DNA of 63,954 nt, the filler included, from Acetivibrio sp. (lineage in GTDB: Bacteria > Bacillota > Clostridia > Acetivibrionales > Acetivibrionaceae), in the NCBI RefSeq assembly GCF_035371925.1. It is 9 parts of 9 records of this genome, joined end to end, with 100 filler letters (N's around TTAATTAATTAA, not from the genome) between each part and the next. Parts side by side here need not be neighbours in the genome. Positions count along the whole stretch, not along the records: positions 24,511 to 32,126 come from NZ_DAORXT010000118.1; positions 32,227 to 39,831 come from NZ_DAORXT010000119.1; 7 more parts are not named here. One strand, 5' to 3'. Position numbers and translations under genes: made by a program. Below the pieces are notes generated by a model. The model did no database searches and had not been told where the DNA came from. It worked only from the letters and a program-made list of their open reading frames with translations. Below, piece after piece: positions 27,861-37,730 of this stretch. The first letter of the stretch is position 1; every line of letters begins with the position of its first letter.

Positions 27861-28442
27861 TCACATCCACTTTTCAAACTCATGTAATTTCCAGCGGATT
27901 GGCTTTATATCGGATTCAAAACTATTTACTTCGCTTAAAAATTTCTCAAACAAACCTTGACCATAGTCCCAACGGTCTTCTTGCGGGTCATAACATACCC
28001 CACCGAAAATTTCCGGAAGAATTGCCGCGCTCAAAAAAGCCATCCTAAACTCTAATGTATCCAAGGTTCCCCACCTTAGAGTTATCTGTTTTTTACATTC
28101 ACTCAGGATAGAATCCACTTCTTTATTTACAAATACAAACTCATCTTTTGATAGGCTAAATAACGACTTTAGAAATGATTTTTTAGGCTGTGCCTCTTTT
28201 TTTATATCTTCAAAGTTAAAATCGTCAATATACATTTCAAAACCCGATATCCAGTCTTTATCTTTTAGAAGACTTATATCCGGTTCATCAAAATGTATTT
28301 TAAAAGGCAGAAAACCAAATTGGTTGGAAAAAGAAAAATCCGGGTGAATATTTACCTTCATTTTTGCATCTTGGAATCTTTTTTCCCATTTCTTGATTCC
28401 ATCATCACTTACAGTTTTTAAATAAACACATAATTCAAGCAT
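27861..28442 (-). CDS. Hypothetical protein
   Basis: 193-aa ORF with a GGGGAGA RBS; no recognised motif. Confidence 0.6.
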   Translation of the reverse strand: MLELCVYLKTVSDDGIKKWEKRFQDAKMKVNIHPDFSFSNQFGFLPFKIHFDEPDISLLKDKDWISGFEMYIDDFNFEDIKKEAQPKKSFLKSLFSLSKDEFVFVNKEVDSILSECKKQITLRWGTLDTLEFRMAFLSAAILPEIFGGVCYDPQEDRWDYGQGLFEKFLSEVNSFESDIKPIRWKLHEFEKWM

Positions 28443-28490
28443 ATTTTCTCCCCCACATTTATATATACGCTGAACAGCCCTGCAAAACCC

Positions 28491-28979
28491 TTACCGGCCT
28501 TTTAATTCGCACAAAAAAGTAGCTTTCCACTTTTTATTGTATGGCTTTATATAGACTTTGTAATAGTTGTCCGCAGTCCAAGAATCAGTAACAAGAAATT
28601 CCGGGAGATTATGAACTGCATCGGTAAAATCATACACTCTTTCGTACTCTTTTCTTTCCAACAGCTTAATCATCTCATTTGCCACAATCGGTAACACATA
28701 AGCATATTTATTCAGCTTATTAATATCATAAAAAATTCTATTTTGATTGTAAACATTTAATTCATTTATCAGGTAATCCTTTTCAATTGCATCAACATTT
28801 TTAATATGATTAATATCACTTTTAAGCATAGCTATTTTTTTGGAGTTTAAATCCAAATCCATATATTTTTCAAAAGCTCTCAATAAATCAATATAATAAA
28901 AACCTTTGGGATTTGCCCTAATTAATACAAACAATGCTTTATAAGCTCTCATAAAATGGTATATGCAATTAAAATCCAT
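28491..28979 (-). CDS. Hypothetical protein
   Basis: Probable ATG 28979 (MDFNCIYH) behind GGTGAG; the longer ORF overlaps the MATE gene. Confidence 0.55.
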   Translation of the reverse strand: MDFNCIYHFMRAYKALFVLIRANPKGFYYIDLLRAFEKYMDLDLNSKKIAMLKSDINHIKNVDAIEKDYLINELNVYNQNRIFYDINKLNKYAYVLPIVANEMIKLLERKEYERVYDFTDAVHNLPEFLVTDSWTADNYYKVYIKPYNKKWKATFLCELKGR

Positions 28980-29029
28980 AGTGCATCTCACCCTATGAAA
29001 TCCATAAAATATAACGTGAATTTCCGTCT

Positions 29030-30463
29030 TTACACCGGCTGCTTTTTGGCTACAATATTCTGGGCCCACTGGCCTTTCTTTATGATATACACTCCGATTG
29101 CACTCTTTAAAGCATCAGGAAGATAACATACCGGATAGGCAGCATAAATATTAAAATCTGTATATCTTGAAATCAAATAAGCCACAGGAACAACTACACC
29201 CCATGTGTATGCACTGTCAAAGACAAGGGTAATAAACGTTTTGCCTCCCGAACGTATAGTAAAATAGCTGCAGTGGGATACGGCAAAAAACGGCATGTAA
29301 AGTGCACTCACCTTCATGAAGTGAGCTGCAAGGCTTCGCACATCTTCAGTTGTATTATATATGTGCGGTATTACAGGAGCTACAGCTATGAGTATCGCCC
29401 CGACTACAAAACAGGTACATACACTGAAAAAAATCAATTTCCATGAGTATTCTTTCGCACGGGACATATCACCGGCTCCGAGAGCTTGCCCTACCATAAC
29501 GGCAACCGCCGACCCCATTGATATAAATACTACATTAAACAGGTTTGTTATGGTATTGGATATATTAAGAGCACCAACAACATTCAGTCCATATGTTGAG
29601 AATATCTGCGTCAACATTGATACTCCAATCGACCACAAAATCTCATTTATCAGTAGAGGCATTCCCTTATTGAATATTGTCAGTGCAAGTTTCCCCGGAA
29701 CCCTTAAAGAACGGTAAAGTCCAACTATGAACCCAAATCGAGCCGTATTCCTATGGGTGTATACAGCTATAATCACCAACTCCACATAGCGGGATATAAC
29801 CGTTGCAATAGCAGCACCCGCGACTCCCAATTCGGGAAAACCCAGTTTACCGAATATCAACACATAGTTTAAGCACAGGTTTGTTACCACAGCAGCTATA
29901 CTTGCTACCATAGGCAGCACTGTCTCACCGGCCTCACGAAGAGTACTTCCGTATGCCTGGGACAATATGAAAGGCAAAAGCCCCCACAGCATTATTCTCA
30001 AATAAGCGTGTCCGTGCTCCAGCATTGCCGCCGCTTCCAGCGGGTCTCCCTCTCCCTTAAGAAACAGAGAAATCAGCCAATCTCCTCCAGTCAAAAATAC
30101 TGCCAGTGAAACCACTAATATCACAGCAGAGATCCACAGCTTATATCTGAATGTATACCTAACACCGTCATTATCGCCTGCTCCAAAAAACTGTGCGCCA
30201 AAGATACCGGCTCCGGCCAAACCTCCGAACACCGCCAGATTGAATACGAACATAAGCTGGTTTGCAATTGCAACACCGGACATTTCAGCTGTCCCCACCT
30301 GTCCGACCATAATATTGTCGAGCAGGTTGACAAAATTGGTAATAGAGTTTTGAATAATAATCGGTAGGACAAGCACCAGTACTGTTTTGTAGAATTTTCT
30401 GTCACCTATGAACGTTCTTTTGAACCTTTTAAAAATATTGCCAAAATATGATACTTTATTCAT
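29030..30463 (-). CDS. MATE family efflux transporter
   Basis: LPIIIQNSITNFVNLLDNIMVGQVG, NLCLNYVLIFGKLGFPELGVAGAAIATVISR, VMVGQALGAGD; ATG 30463 behind GAGAGGA. Confidence 0.95.
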   Translation of the reverse strand: MNKVSYFGNIFKRFKRTFIGDRKFYKTVLVLVLPIIIQNSITNFVNLLDNIMVGQVGTAEMSGVAIANQLMFVFNLAVFGGLAGAGIFGAQFFGAGDNDGVRYTFRYKLWISAVILVVSLAVFLTGGDWLISLFLKGEGDPLEAAAMLEHGHAYLRIMLWGLLPFILSQAYGSTLREAGETVLPMVASIAAVVTNLCLNYVLIFGKLGFPELGVAGAAIATVISRYVELVIIAVYTHRNTARFGFIVGLYRSLRVPGKLALTIFNKGMPLLINEILWSIGVSMLTQIFSTYGLNVVGALNISNTITNLFNVVFISMGSAVAVMVGQALGAGDMSRAKEYSWKLIFFSVCTCFVVGAILIAVAPVIPHIYNTTEDVRSLAAHFMKVSALYMPFFAVSHCSYFTIRSGGKTFITLVFDSAYTWGVVVPVAYLISRYTDFNIYAAYPVCYLPDALKSAIGVYIIKKGQWAQNIVAKKQPV

Positions 30464-30756
30464 CCAAATATCCTCTCGTTTCCTTCCGTATCCGTATATT
30501 TTAGCATAGTTCAAAACTATAGTCCATAGTCTAAAAAACTTATAAATCAGAGGTTCATAACTGTTGCTAAACTTTTAATTACTTTTATGTTATCTAGCGA
30601 CTAAAAACAAAATTCTTACTCCATACCAAATTTAAAGCTCATCGGTCCGTAGATTACAAACCAATGAGCATAAGTTATACTTAAATATTTTCTTATACCT
30701 TTAAAGCTTTTTTGAAATAAAGGCAGTTCAAATCAATTTTTAAAAATCTCTCTTTG

Positions 30757-31425
30757 TCACCGAGCGAGCTGTAATAATTTTTCCACTTCCTTCATATAAT
30801 CGGAATCATTCTTGACAACTATATCCGGTGTTATACCGCTTTCCGTTAGGTTCTGACCTTCCACATTCCAGTAAAAACTCGCAAGGTATACGGCAAAACC
30901 TTCTTCCTCATTATGATACACTATATGGCTGGTGTTTTCTCCAAAAGTGGTACGTCCAATAACGATAGTATTTTTTAAGTGTTTTTTTAGCCCTAATGTA
31001 AGAAGTTCCGCACTATTTGCCGTATTCTCATTAACGAGAATCAATATTTGCTTAAACTCAACATAATCGGCAGCAGAATAAGGAGAGACCGTATATCCGT
31101 TCCAGAAGTATGTATAATAATATATCAAACATTCCGGCAGCAAATAGTCAAGAATAGCATCTGCAGTTAGAATATATCCTCCTCTGTTGTCCCTTAAATC
31201 AATTACAAGAATTTTTTCCTTGGGATTTTCAATCTTGTCCAGTTTCTCGATAAATTTATCCTCGAGGTCTAACGTAAAGCTTTTTATTTTTACATAGACC
31301 GCATTGTCTCCCAAATCCTTTATCTCAATCTGTCCATCACCATATCCATGTGTAAAACTGCTTTCATCCATACAGAAAGTAAAAACATCATTGTCTGCTT
31401 TGATAGATTCAATATACTGTTCCAC
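30757..31425 (-). pseudogene. S41 peptidase catalytic-domain fragment with degenerate catalytic residues
   Basis: YVKIKSF, LVIDLRDNRGG, ILVNENTANSAE, GRTTFGEN, GITPD; overlaps the upstream ORF out of frame. Confidence 0.75.
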
Positions 31426-32045
31426 ATCATCAAAATTGTACTTGATCTACCATACTCGCTAACTTCCGTAACTTGACTGCCATCATGCTTCATTTTATAT
31501 ATTTTCCCGCCACCTATATGACTTTCAAAATATATCCACCCATCAGCGACATTCATATAGCTCATTGGATAATCATTCAACCTTCGGTCGTCAGTACCGT
31601 CAAGCTTCATTTTGTGAGGTTTGAAATGATCAGTAAGTAATATATAATATATCCATCCATCATATATTGTAATGCAATCCATGTCTTGATTGCTGATTTT
31701 TATCCTTTCCGTCCCATCTGGTTTCATCCTGAAAAACCCCTCTTCTTTAGGGTTATTTGTCTCGGTATACCTGCAATATCCGTAAATATAGCCATCATAT
31801 GCAGTTAAGTTATCATACCGGCCATTATATATCTTTTTCTTCTGGCTTCCATCCTCTTTCATTCTATATAGTCCGCTGCCGTCAAAGGAATAATAGACCC
31901 AGCCGTCATACTTTAAAACGAGACCTCTATTGGCCATGTTGCCCGAAGTATTTAAACTGATATTTGGTGTATTAGGCAAAGCAAAACAGCCTATAGATGC
32001 AAAAAAAATTACACACAAAAAAAAACAAGCGAAAATAACATACAT
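31320..32045 (-). CDS. Secreted DUF5050 domain protein whose 3' end runs out of frame into the S41 fragment
   Basis: Signal peptide; GNMANRG, WVYYS..GLYRMKEDGS, YDGWIYY..KMKLDG repeats. Confidence 0.8.
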   Translation of the reverse strand: MYVIFACFFLCVIFFASIGCFALPNTPNISLNTSGNMANRGLVLKYDGWVYYSFDGSGLYRMKEDGSQKKKIYNGRYDNLTAYDGYIYGYCRYTETNNPKEEGFFRMKPDGTERIKISNQDMDCITIYDGWIYYILLTDHFKPHKMKLDGTDDRRLNDYPMSYMNVADGWIYFESHIGGGKIYKMKHDGSQVTEVSEYGRSSTILMMWNSILNLSKQTMMFLLSVWMKAVLHMDMVMDRLR

Positions 32046-32126
32046 TTAATTTTTTTCATTTTTATATACATTCCTTGTACAATTAATATTGTTATTTCAT
32101 CAGTGACTTTTGCCACTGTTCGACCC

Positions 32127-32226
32127 NNNNNNNNNNNNNNNNNNNNNNNNNNNNNNNNNNNNNNNNNNNNTTAATTAATTAANNNNNNNNNNNNNNNNNN
32201 NNNNNNNNNNNNNNNNNNNNNNNNNN
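32127..32226. other. Artificial contig linker
   Basis: N run + TTAATTAATTAA + N run. Confidence 0.98.
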
Positions 32227-32237
32227 GGAGGTTGTTT

Positions 32238-33470
32238 ATGGCTTTTATTAACGAAAACTATCTTAAGCTTCCGGGAAGCTATCTTTTTTCTGAAATTGCA
32301 AGGAGAGTAAACTGTTTCAAGCAAGAAAATCCCGATGCAAAAATAATACGGCTGGGAATTGGAGATGTTACAAGGCCGCTGGCGCCGGCGGTTATCGATG
32401 CTTTGCACAAAGCGGTGGATGAAATGGCCAAAGAAGAAACTTTCAGGGGATACGGACCTGAGCAGGGCTATCAATTTTTAATCGCCAAAATAATTGAAAA
32501 TGACTATGCTCCTAGAGGTATAAAGATTGATGAAGACGAGGTATTTGTAAGTGATGGAGCAAAGAGCGATACCGGAAACTTTCAGGAGATATTTGGCTTG
32601 GACAACAAAATTGCGGTTACCGACCCGGTATATCCGGTTTATGTGGACAGCAACGTTATGGCTGGAAGAACCGGGGATTATCTTGAGCACGGGTACTTTG
32701 AGAAAATGACCTATCTTCCGTGCACTGCCCAAAACAACTTTATTCCTGAGCTTCCCAAAGAAAAAGTGGATATTATTTATCTTTGCTTCCCCAATAACCC
32801 GACGGGAATGACTCTCTCCAAGGAAGAACTCAAGAAGTGGGTTGACTATGCTAGAAAGAACCGCGCTATTATACTGTTTGACTCGGCATATGAAGCGTTT
32901 ATCCGTGAGAAAGATGTGCCTCACAGCATTTACGAGGTTGAGGGAGCGGACGAAGTAGCAATTGAATTCAGAAGCTTTTCCAAGACAGCAGGGTTTACCG
33001 GAACAAGATGTGCTTACACTGTTGTGCCTAAAAAGGTTGTGGCATATACCAAAAATGGAGAAGCATATCAGCTCAACAGTCTTTGGAACAGGAGACAGAC
33101 AACAAAATTCAACGGCGTTCCGTATATCATACAGCAGGCTGCAGCGGCAGTGTATACTCCTGAGGGCCAAAAACAGATAAAAGAAACCATAGACTATTAT
33201 ATGGACAACGCAAAAATAATAAAACAAGGCTTGGAAGACATCGGCCTTACCGTATTTGGAGGAGTGAATGCTCCATATATCTGGCTTAAGACTCCGGATG
33301 GCGTAAGTTCATGGGAATTTTTCGATATCATGCTAAAAGAAATAAATGTTGTCGGAACACCGGGCTCGGGCTTTGGACCAAGCGGTGAAGGATATTTCAG
33401 GTTGACAGCTTTTGGAAGTAGAGAGAACACATTAGAGGCTGTTGAGAGATTCAAAAATTTGAAACTTTAG
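32238..33470 (+). CDS. dapL: LL-diaminopimelate aminotransferase
   Basis: [57 protein letters not shown] 6 nt before ATG 32238. Confidence 0.97.
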   Translation: MAFINENYLKLPGSYLFSEIARRVNCFKQENPDAKIIRLGIGDVTRPLAPAVIDALHKAVDEMAKEETFRGYGPEQGYQFLIAKIIENDYAPRGIKIDEDEVFVSDGAKSDTGNFQEIFGLDNKIAVTDPVYPVYVDSNVMAGRTGDYLEHGYFEKMTYLPCTAQNNFIPELPKEKVDIIYLCFPNNPTGMTLSKEELKKWVDYARKNRAIILFDSAYEAFIREKDVPHSIYEVEGADEVAIEFRSFSKTAGFTGTRCAYTVVPKKVVAYTKNGEAYQLNSLWNRRQTTKFNGVPYIIQQAAAAVYTPEGQKQIKETIDYYMDNAKIIKQGLEDIGLTVFGGVNAPYIWLKTPDGVSSWEFFDIMLKEINVVGTPGSGFGPSGEGYFRLTAFGSRENTLEAVERFKNLKL

Positions 33471-33581
33471 TAGGAATTCTTTGCTGCTTTAACTTAATAG
33501 ATTGTATTAAAAAAAATTATACACATATACTAAGAATACTATTTTTATGAGGATATATGGATTTTTGAAGACGGGTGAAAT

Positions 33582-34517
33582 ATGAATTCTAGAAAAAGTA
33601 TTCTTTATATATGTGTAGTTTTTTCGTTGATTTTATTTATACAGGGAATATATACTCTTTTGTTTGCAGAAGAGGAATACAACGGTACGGAGTTTGGTGG
33701 CGAATACAACTTTGTGGAGATTGTAAAAGGAAAAACTGATGAGGAAAATGAGCCAAAGGACTCTGTCTCATATATAAATGTGCTTGTATTGGGTCTTGAT
33801 GATGATGAAATGAGATCCGACGTTATTGCGCTTATAAACTACAGCCCTAATGAAAACAAAATGAACATATTGTCCATTGCCAGGGATACCAGAGTAAAAT
33901 TCAACGGCAAATACACGAAGATAAACTCTCTTATCGGAAAAGGCGGAGAAAAAACGGTAATTGATATGGTGGAGGATATAACCGGTCTTCCTGTAGATTA
34001 CTACGTTACTTTGAATTTCAAAGGCTTTAGGGAAATTGTCGATGCATTGGACGGTGTTGAGATAGACGTACCCTTTGACATGGACTATGACGATCCGTAT
34101 CAAAATCTTCATATTCACCTAAAGAAAGGAAAGCAGGTGCTGGACGGCAAAAAAGCGGAGCAATTTGTAAGGTATCGCAAGGGAAATCATCAAGGAGAAG
34201 GTTATGAAGACGGGGACCTTGGACGGATAAAAATGCAGCAGCTTTTTATCGAAGAGTTTGTAAAGCAAAAGATTAAATTGAAATACTTACTTAAAGCAAA
34301 TGAAATTTTTTATACTCTGAAAAAGAATATGAGGACAAATATTGAGATTGGAGACATACGTTATTTTATCAGGGATATAAAAAATATAAAGACACCTGTA
34401 ATTGAAGGATACACTTTGCCGGGATATTCGAGGTATATTGGAAGTCAGTGGTTTTATATATATAATAAGAAGGAAACAAAGAAGCTTATAGAAGAAAATT
34501 TCTATTATACCAATTAA
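33582..34517 (+). CDS. LCP family (LytR-CpsA-Psr) cell-wall ligase
   Basis: N-terminal TM; NVLVLGLD..RSDVI, SIARDTRV, KINS, VDALDGVEIDVP, FVRYRK..DLGRIKMQQ. Confidence 0.95.
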   Translation: MNSRKSILYICVVFSLILFIQGIYTLLFAEEEYNGTEFGGEYNFVEIVKGKTDEENEPKDSVSYINVLVLGLDDDEMRSDVIALINYSPNENKMNILSIARDTRVKFNGKYTKINSLIGKGGEKTVIDMVEDITGLPVDYYVTLNFKGFREIVDALDGVEIDVPFDMDYDDPYQNLHIHLKKGKQVLDGKKAEQFVRYRKGNHQGEGYEDGDLGRIKMQQLFIEEFVKQKIKLKYLLKANEIFYTLKKNMRTNIEIGDIRYFIRDIKNIKTPVIEGYTLPGYSRYIGSQWFYIYNKKETKKLIEENFYYTN

Positions 34518-34549
34518 TAGATATTGTAATTAATGGGATGAGGTATTTT

Positions 34550-34579
34550 AAAAATCAGCTGTAACGGGCTGATTTTTTT
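34550..34579 (+). terminator. Rho-independent terminator after the LCP gene
   Basis: AAAAATCAGC-loop-GCTGATTTTTTT. Confidence 0.85.
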
Positions 34580-34677
34580 GATGTTTGAGGGATTGGATAT
34601 AATTATATAATTGCTTAAAACTATTAATTTATGTATTATAGTTTTAGGAGAACAAATGATTTGAGGTGTTATTTAGT

Positions 34678-35664
34678 TTGAAAAATATAGGTTTTACCAC
34701 AAGCGTACCTGTGGAAGTGATATTTGCAGCAGGACACAGGCCTGTTGATTTAAATAATGTATTTATTACTAATGACAACCCCGGAAAAATGATAGAAGCT
34801 GCTGAAAATGCGGGATTTCCCAGAAATACCTGCGCGTGGATAAAGGGTATTTACTCTGCCGTTATTGACATTGGAGGAATAGACGAACTTATCGGTGTTG
34901 TTGAAGGTGACTGCTCAAATGCAAAGGCGCTGGTTGAGGTTTTGGAGCTTAAGGGGATACAGTGTTATGAGTATTCGTACCCAAATTCCAGAAGCTATGA
35001 CCAGGTGAAAAGGGAAATTGAAAAATTTTGTACTCATTTTGATGTCAGTTATGAAGAGTGTTTGAAAGTTAAAAAGGAATTGGATAAAATTAGAAAAAGA
35101 CTTTCTTATCTCGATGAACTGACATGGAAGCACAACAAGGCCGGCGGATTTGAAAATCACATATGGCAGGTTTCCAGCAGTGATTTTAACGGAGATTATG
35201 TTACTTTTGAACGCCAGCTGGACGATGTGATTTCTTCTATTGAAAAAAGAGAGCCAAAAACACAAAGCAAAAGAATAGGATATATAGGGGTTCCGCCTAT
35301 TAATGGAGATATATACGAATTTATTGAGTCTCTTGATGCCAGAGTGGTATACAATGAAGTACAGAGACAGTTTACAATGGCTGATTCCATTGATATTGAG
35401 GATATTGTGGAAGAGTACAGGAGATTTACCTATCCGTACAGTATAAGAGGCAGGCTTGAGGATATAATTGCCCAGGTGGAAAAAAGAAAAATTGACGGTA
35501 TTATACACTACACCCAGGCATTTTGCTTTAGAGGTATTGAAGATATTATAATAAGGAAAGAACTCAATGTTCCGGTTCTCACCCTTGAAGGGGACCGGCC
35601 CGGTAAACTGGACCAGAGGACAAAGCTTCGCATTGAGGCATTTATTGATATGCTTGATGAGTAA
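34678..35664 (+). CDS. 2-hydroxyacyl-CoA dehydratase family (HgdB/FldC-like) Fe-S protein, single subunit
   Basis: FPRNTCAWIKG, EGDCSN, IDGIIHYTQAFCFR, PVLTLEGD, RIEAFIDML; TTG start 34678 behind GAGGTG. Confidence 0.88.
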   Translation: MKNIGFTTSVPVEVIFAAGHRPVDLNNVFITNDNPGKMIEAAENAGFPRNTCAWIKGIYSAVIDIGGIDELIGVVEGDCSNAKALVEVLELKGIQCYEYSYPNSRSYDQVKREIEKFCTHFDVSYEECLKVKKELDKIRKRLSYLDELTWKHNKAGGFENHIWQVSSSDFNGDYVTFERQLDDVISSIEKREPKTQSKRIGYIGVPPINGDIYEFIESLDARVVYNEVQRQFTMADSIDIEDIVEEYRRFTYPYSIRGRLEDIIAQVEKRKIDGIIHYTQAFCFRGIEDIIIRKELNVPVLTLEGDRPGKLDQRTKLRIEAFIDMLDE

Positions 35665-35698
35665 ATTAGAATAGATACTTTATCGGAAAAGGTGAATT

Positions 35699-36478
35699 AT
35701 GAGAGTATTGGGAATAGATTTGGGGAGCAGGGCGGTTAAGCTGGTCATTTTTGAAAATGGTATTTTTTTAGACAGCATGGTTTATGACACCGCATCTTTT
35801 TACCGTGACTTTTGCTCCAATGTAAATCAAAAAATCAGCATTGATTTTGAAAAACTTGATATCGGCCGCTTTGACAGCGTGGTGAGCACCGGCTACGGGA
35901 GAAACAATGTAAATGTGGAAAATTCGACGGTGATACTGGAGCTAAAAGCTCACACTTATGGTGCAGTGTGGCAGACCGGTCTTGAAGATTTCACGCTTCT
36001 TGATATAGGCGGGCAAGACAGCAAAGTTGTATCGGTTAGAAACGGGAAAATGGCGGATATGGTTTTGAACGACAAGTGCGCCGCATCCTGCGGAAGGTAT
36101 CTGGAGAACATGGCAAATGTTCTCGGCATCAGCCTTGAGGAACTTACGGGACACTATGAAAATCCGGTGGAGCTAAATTCTACTTGTGCAGTTTTTGGCG
36201 AATCGGAGCTTATCGGAAAAATATCCGAGGGATACAGTATCAGGGAGCTTGCTGCAGGAGTAAACTATTCTCTTTTTAAAAGGATTAAACCGATAATTGA
36301 GAGATTTCCCCATGAAAATCTGGTGGTCTGCGGTGGCGTTGCCAGAAATAATGCCCTATTGGAATTTATAAAATCAGAGCTTGATTTTAAAAGGGTTGTT
36401 GTGCCTAGAATGCCCCAGCTAAACGGCGCTATTGGCTGCTGTGCTTTTAAGGTTAGGAAAGGAAGCAAAAGTTTATAG
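35699..36478 (+). CDS. Acyl-CoA dehydratase activase (BadF/BcrA-type ASKHA ATPase, [4Fe-4S])
   Basis: GIDLGS, STGYGR, LDIGGQDSK, NDKCAA, STCAVFGESE, GGVARN, GAIG. Confidence 0.93.
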   Translation: MRVLGIDLGSRAVKLVIFENGIFLDSMVYDTASFYRDFCSNVNQKISIDFEKLDIGRFDSVVSTGYGRNNVNVENSTVILELKAHTYGAVWQTGLEDFTLLDIGGQDSKVVSVRNGKMADMVLNDKCAASCGRYLENMANVLGISLEELTGHYENPVELNSTCAVFGESELIGKISEGYSIRELAAGVNYSLFKRIKPIIERFPHENLVVCGGVARNNALLEFIKSELDFKRVVVPRMPQLNGAIGCCAFKVRKGSKSL

Positions 36479-36499
36479 AAATTCGAAATGAATATTTTT

Positions 36500-36528
36500 T
36501 TGAAAAAGCATTAATATACTGGTATACT
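36500..36528 (+). promoter_or_regulatory. Sigma-A promoter upstream of queC
   Basis: TTGAAA-17bp-TATACT with an extended -10 TG. Confidence 0.7.
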
Positions 36529-36622
36529 TATATAAATCGCATCAATTAATGTTACGCTGCTATAGCAAAGTACATTGATAGTTATATTCACTAAATATTC
36601 TAATGTTATTGGAGAGGATATT

Positions 36623-37291
36623 ATGAGAAGAGCTGTTGTATTATTATCCGGAGGTCTTGACAGTACCACTTGCTTGTCGGTTGCTTTGGCAGAAGGCTAT
36701 GAGGTTTATCCCCTGTCTTTTGACTACGGTCAGAGGAACAGAAAGGAGCTTGAGAGCGCAAAGCAGGTAGTTAAGTATTTTAAAATTAAAGAGCACAAAG
36801 TCGTAAAGATAGGAAATGTTGGGGGAAGCGCTCTTACGGACATGGAAATAGATGTTCCGGATTATAAAGGACTTCCTAGCATACCTGTCACATATGTACC
36901 GGCAAGAAACATAATTTTTTTGAGCTATGCGGCAGGATATGCCGAGGTGGTTAATGCAGAGGCTATCTTTATAGGTGTTAATGCTGTGGATTACAGCGGT
37001 TATCCCGATTGCAGGCCGGAATTTATTGAAGCTTTTCAAAAGGCAATAAATGTGGGAACGAAGAACGGTGTGAATGGAAGACCGGTCAAAATAATTACTC
37101 CATTAATAAACCTTTCTAAAGCGGAGATTATAAAGCTGGCATGTGAGAACAATGCACCCCTTCATTTGACCACAACCTGCTACAGAGGCGGAGAAAAAGC
37201 ATGCGGTGTCTGCGACAGCTGCGTTTTAAGGCTCAAAGGATTTAAAGAGGCTGGAATTGTGGATGCCATAGAATATATGGAGCAAACTTGA
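36623..37291 (+). CDS. queC: 7-cyano-7-deazaguanine (preQ0) synthase
   Basis: VVLLSGGLDSTT, FDYGQR, TYVPARNIIF, DYSGYPDCR, CYRG..CGVCDSC; ATG 36623 behind GGAGAGG. Confidence 0.97.
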   Translation: MRRAVVLLSGGLDSTTCLSVALAEGYEVYPLSFDYGQRNRKELESAKQVVKYFKIKEHKVVKIGNVGGSALTDMEIDVPDYKGLPSIPVTYVPARNIIFLSYAAGYAEVVNAEAIFIGVNAVDYSGYPDCRPEFIEAFQKAINVGTKNGVNGRPVKIITPLINLSKAEIIKLACENNAPLHLTTTCYRGGEKACGVCDSCVLRLKGFKEAGIVDAIEYMEQT

Positions 37292-37321
37292 TTTAAATAT
37301 AATTTTGAAAGGATTGCAGTT

Positions 37322-37705
37322 ATGAAAATTGGAAAGGTTTCTATAACAAAGGTGTTTACATTCGACAGTGCGCATCATTTGGTGGACTACGACGGTAAAT
37401 GCAGAAACATTCACGGACATACTTACAAATTGGAGATTACATTAAAGGGTTTTCCCGATAAAAACGGTTTGGTAATGGACTTTCATGATTTGGAAGACAT
37501 GATAGAAGATGAGGTGCTGGATAGAATAGATCACAAGTACCTTAATGATGTATTTGATTTTAATCCCACCTGTGAAATGATAGGACTTTGGCTTTGGGAA
37601 GAGATTGCAATAAGGGTAAAAAATACTCAATGCAGCCTAGAAAAGCTTGTACTGTGGGAAACCCCCACCAGCTATATAACAATTGACAAGCATGATATGG
37701 AGTAG
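37322..37705 (+). CDS. queD: 6-carboxy-5,6,7,8-tetrahydropterin synthase
   Basis: FDSAHHL..GKCRNIHGHTY, MDF, DHKYLN, PTCE, LWETP. Confidence 0.95.
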   Translation: MKIGKVSITKVFTFDSAHHLVDYDGKCRNIHGHTYKLEITLKGFPDKNGLVMDFHDLEDMIEDEVLDRIDHKYLNDVFDFNPTCEMIGLWLWEEIAIRVKNTQCSLEKLVLWETPTSYITIDKHDME

Positions 37706-37730
37706 TTTCGCTTTCGAAGGAGAAAATAGC

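Noticed and set aside
36529..36622. Canonical preQ1 riboswitch upstream of queC
   Set aside because: The class I consensus (short stem with GUUC-type loop and A-rich tail) is absent, and I see no class II/III resemblance. It is kept only as an unknown structured leader.
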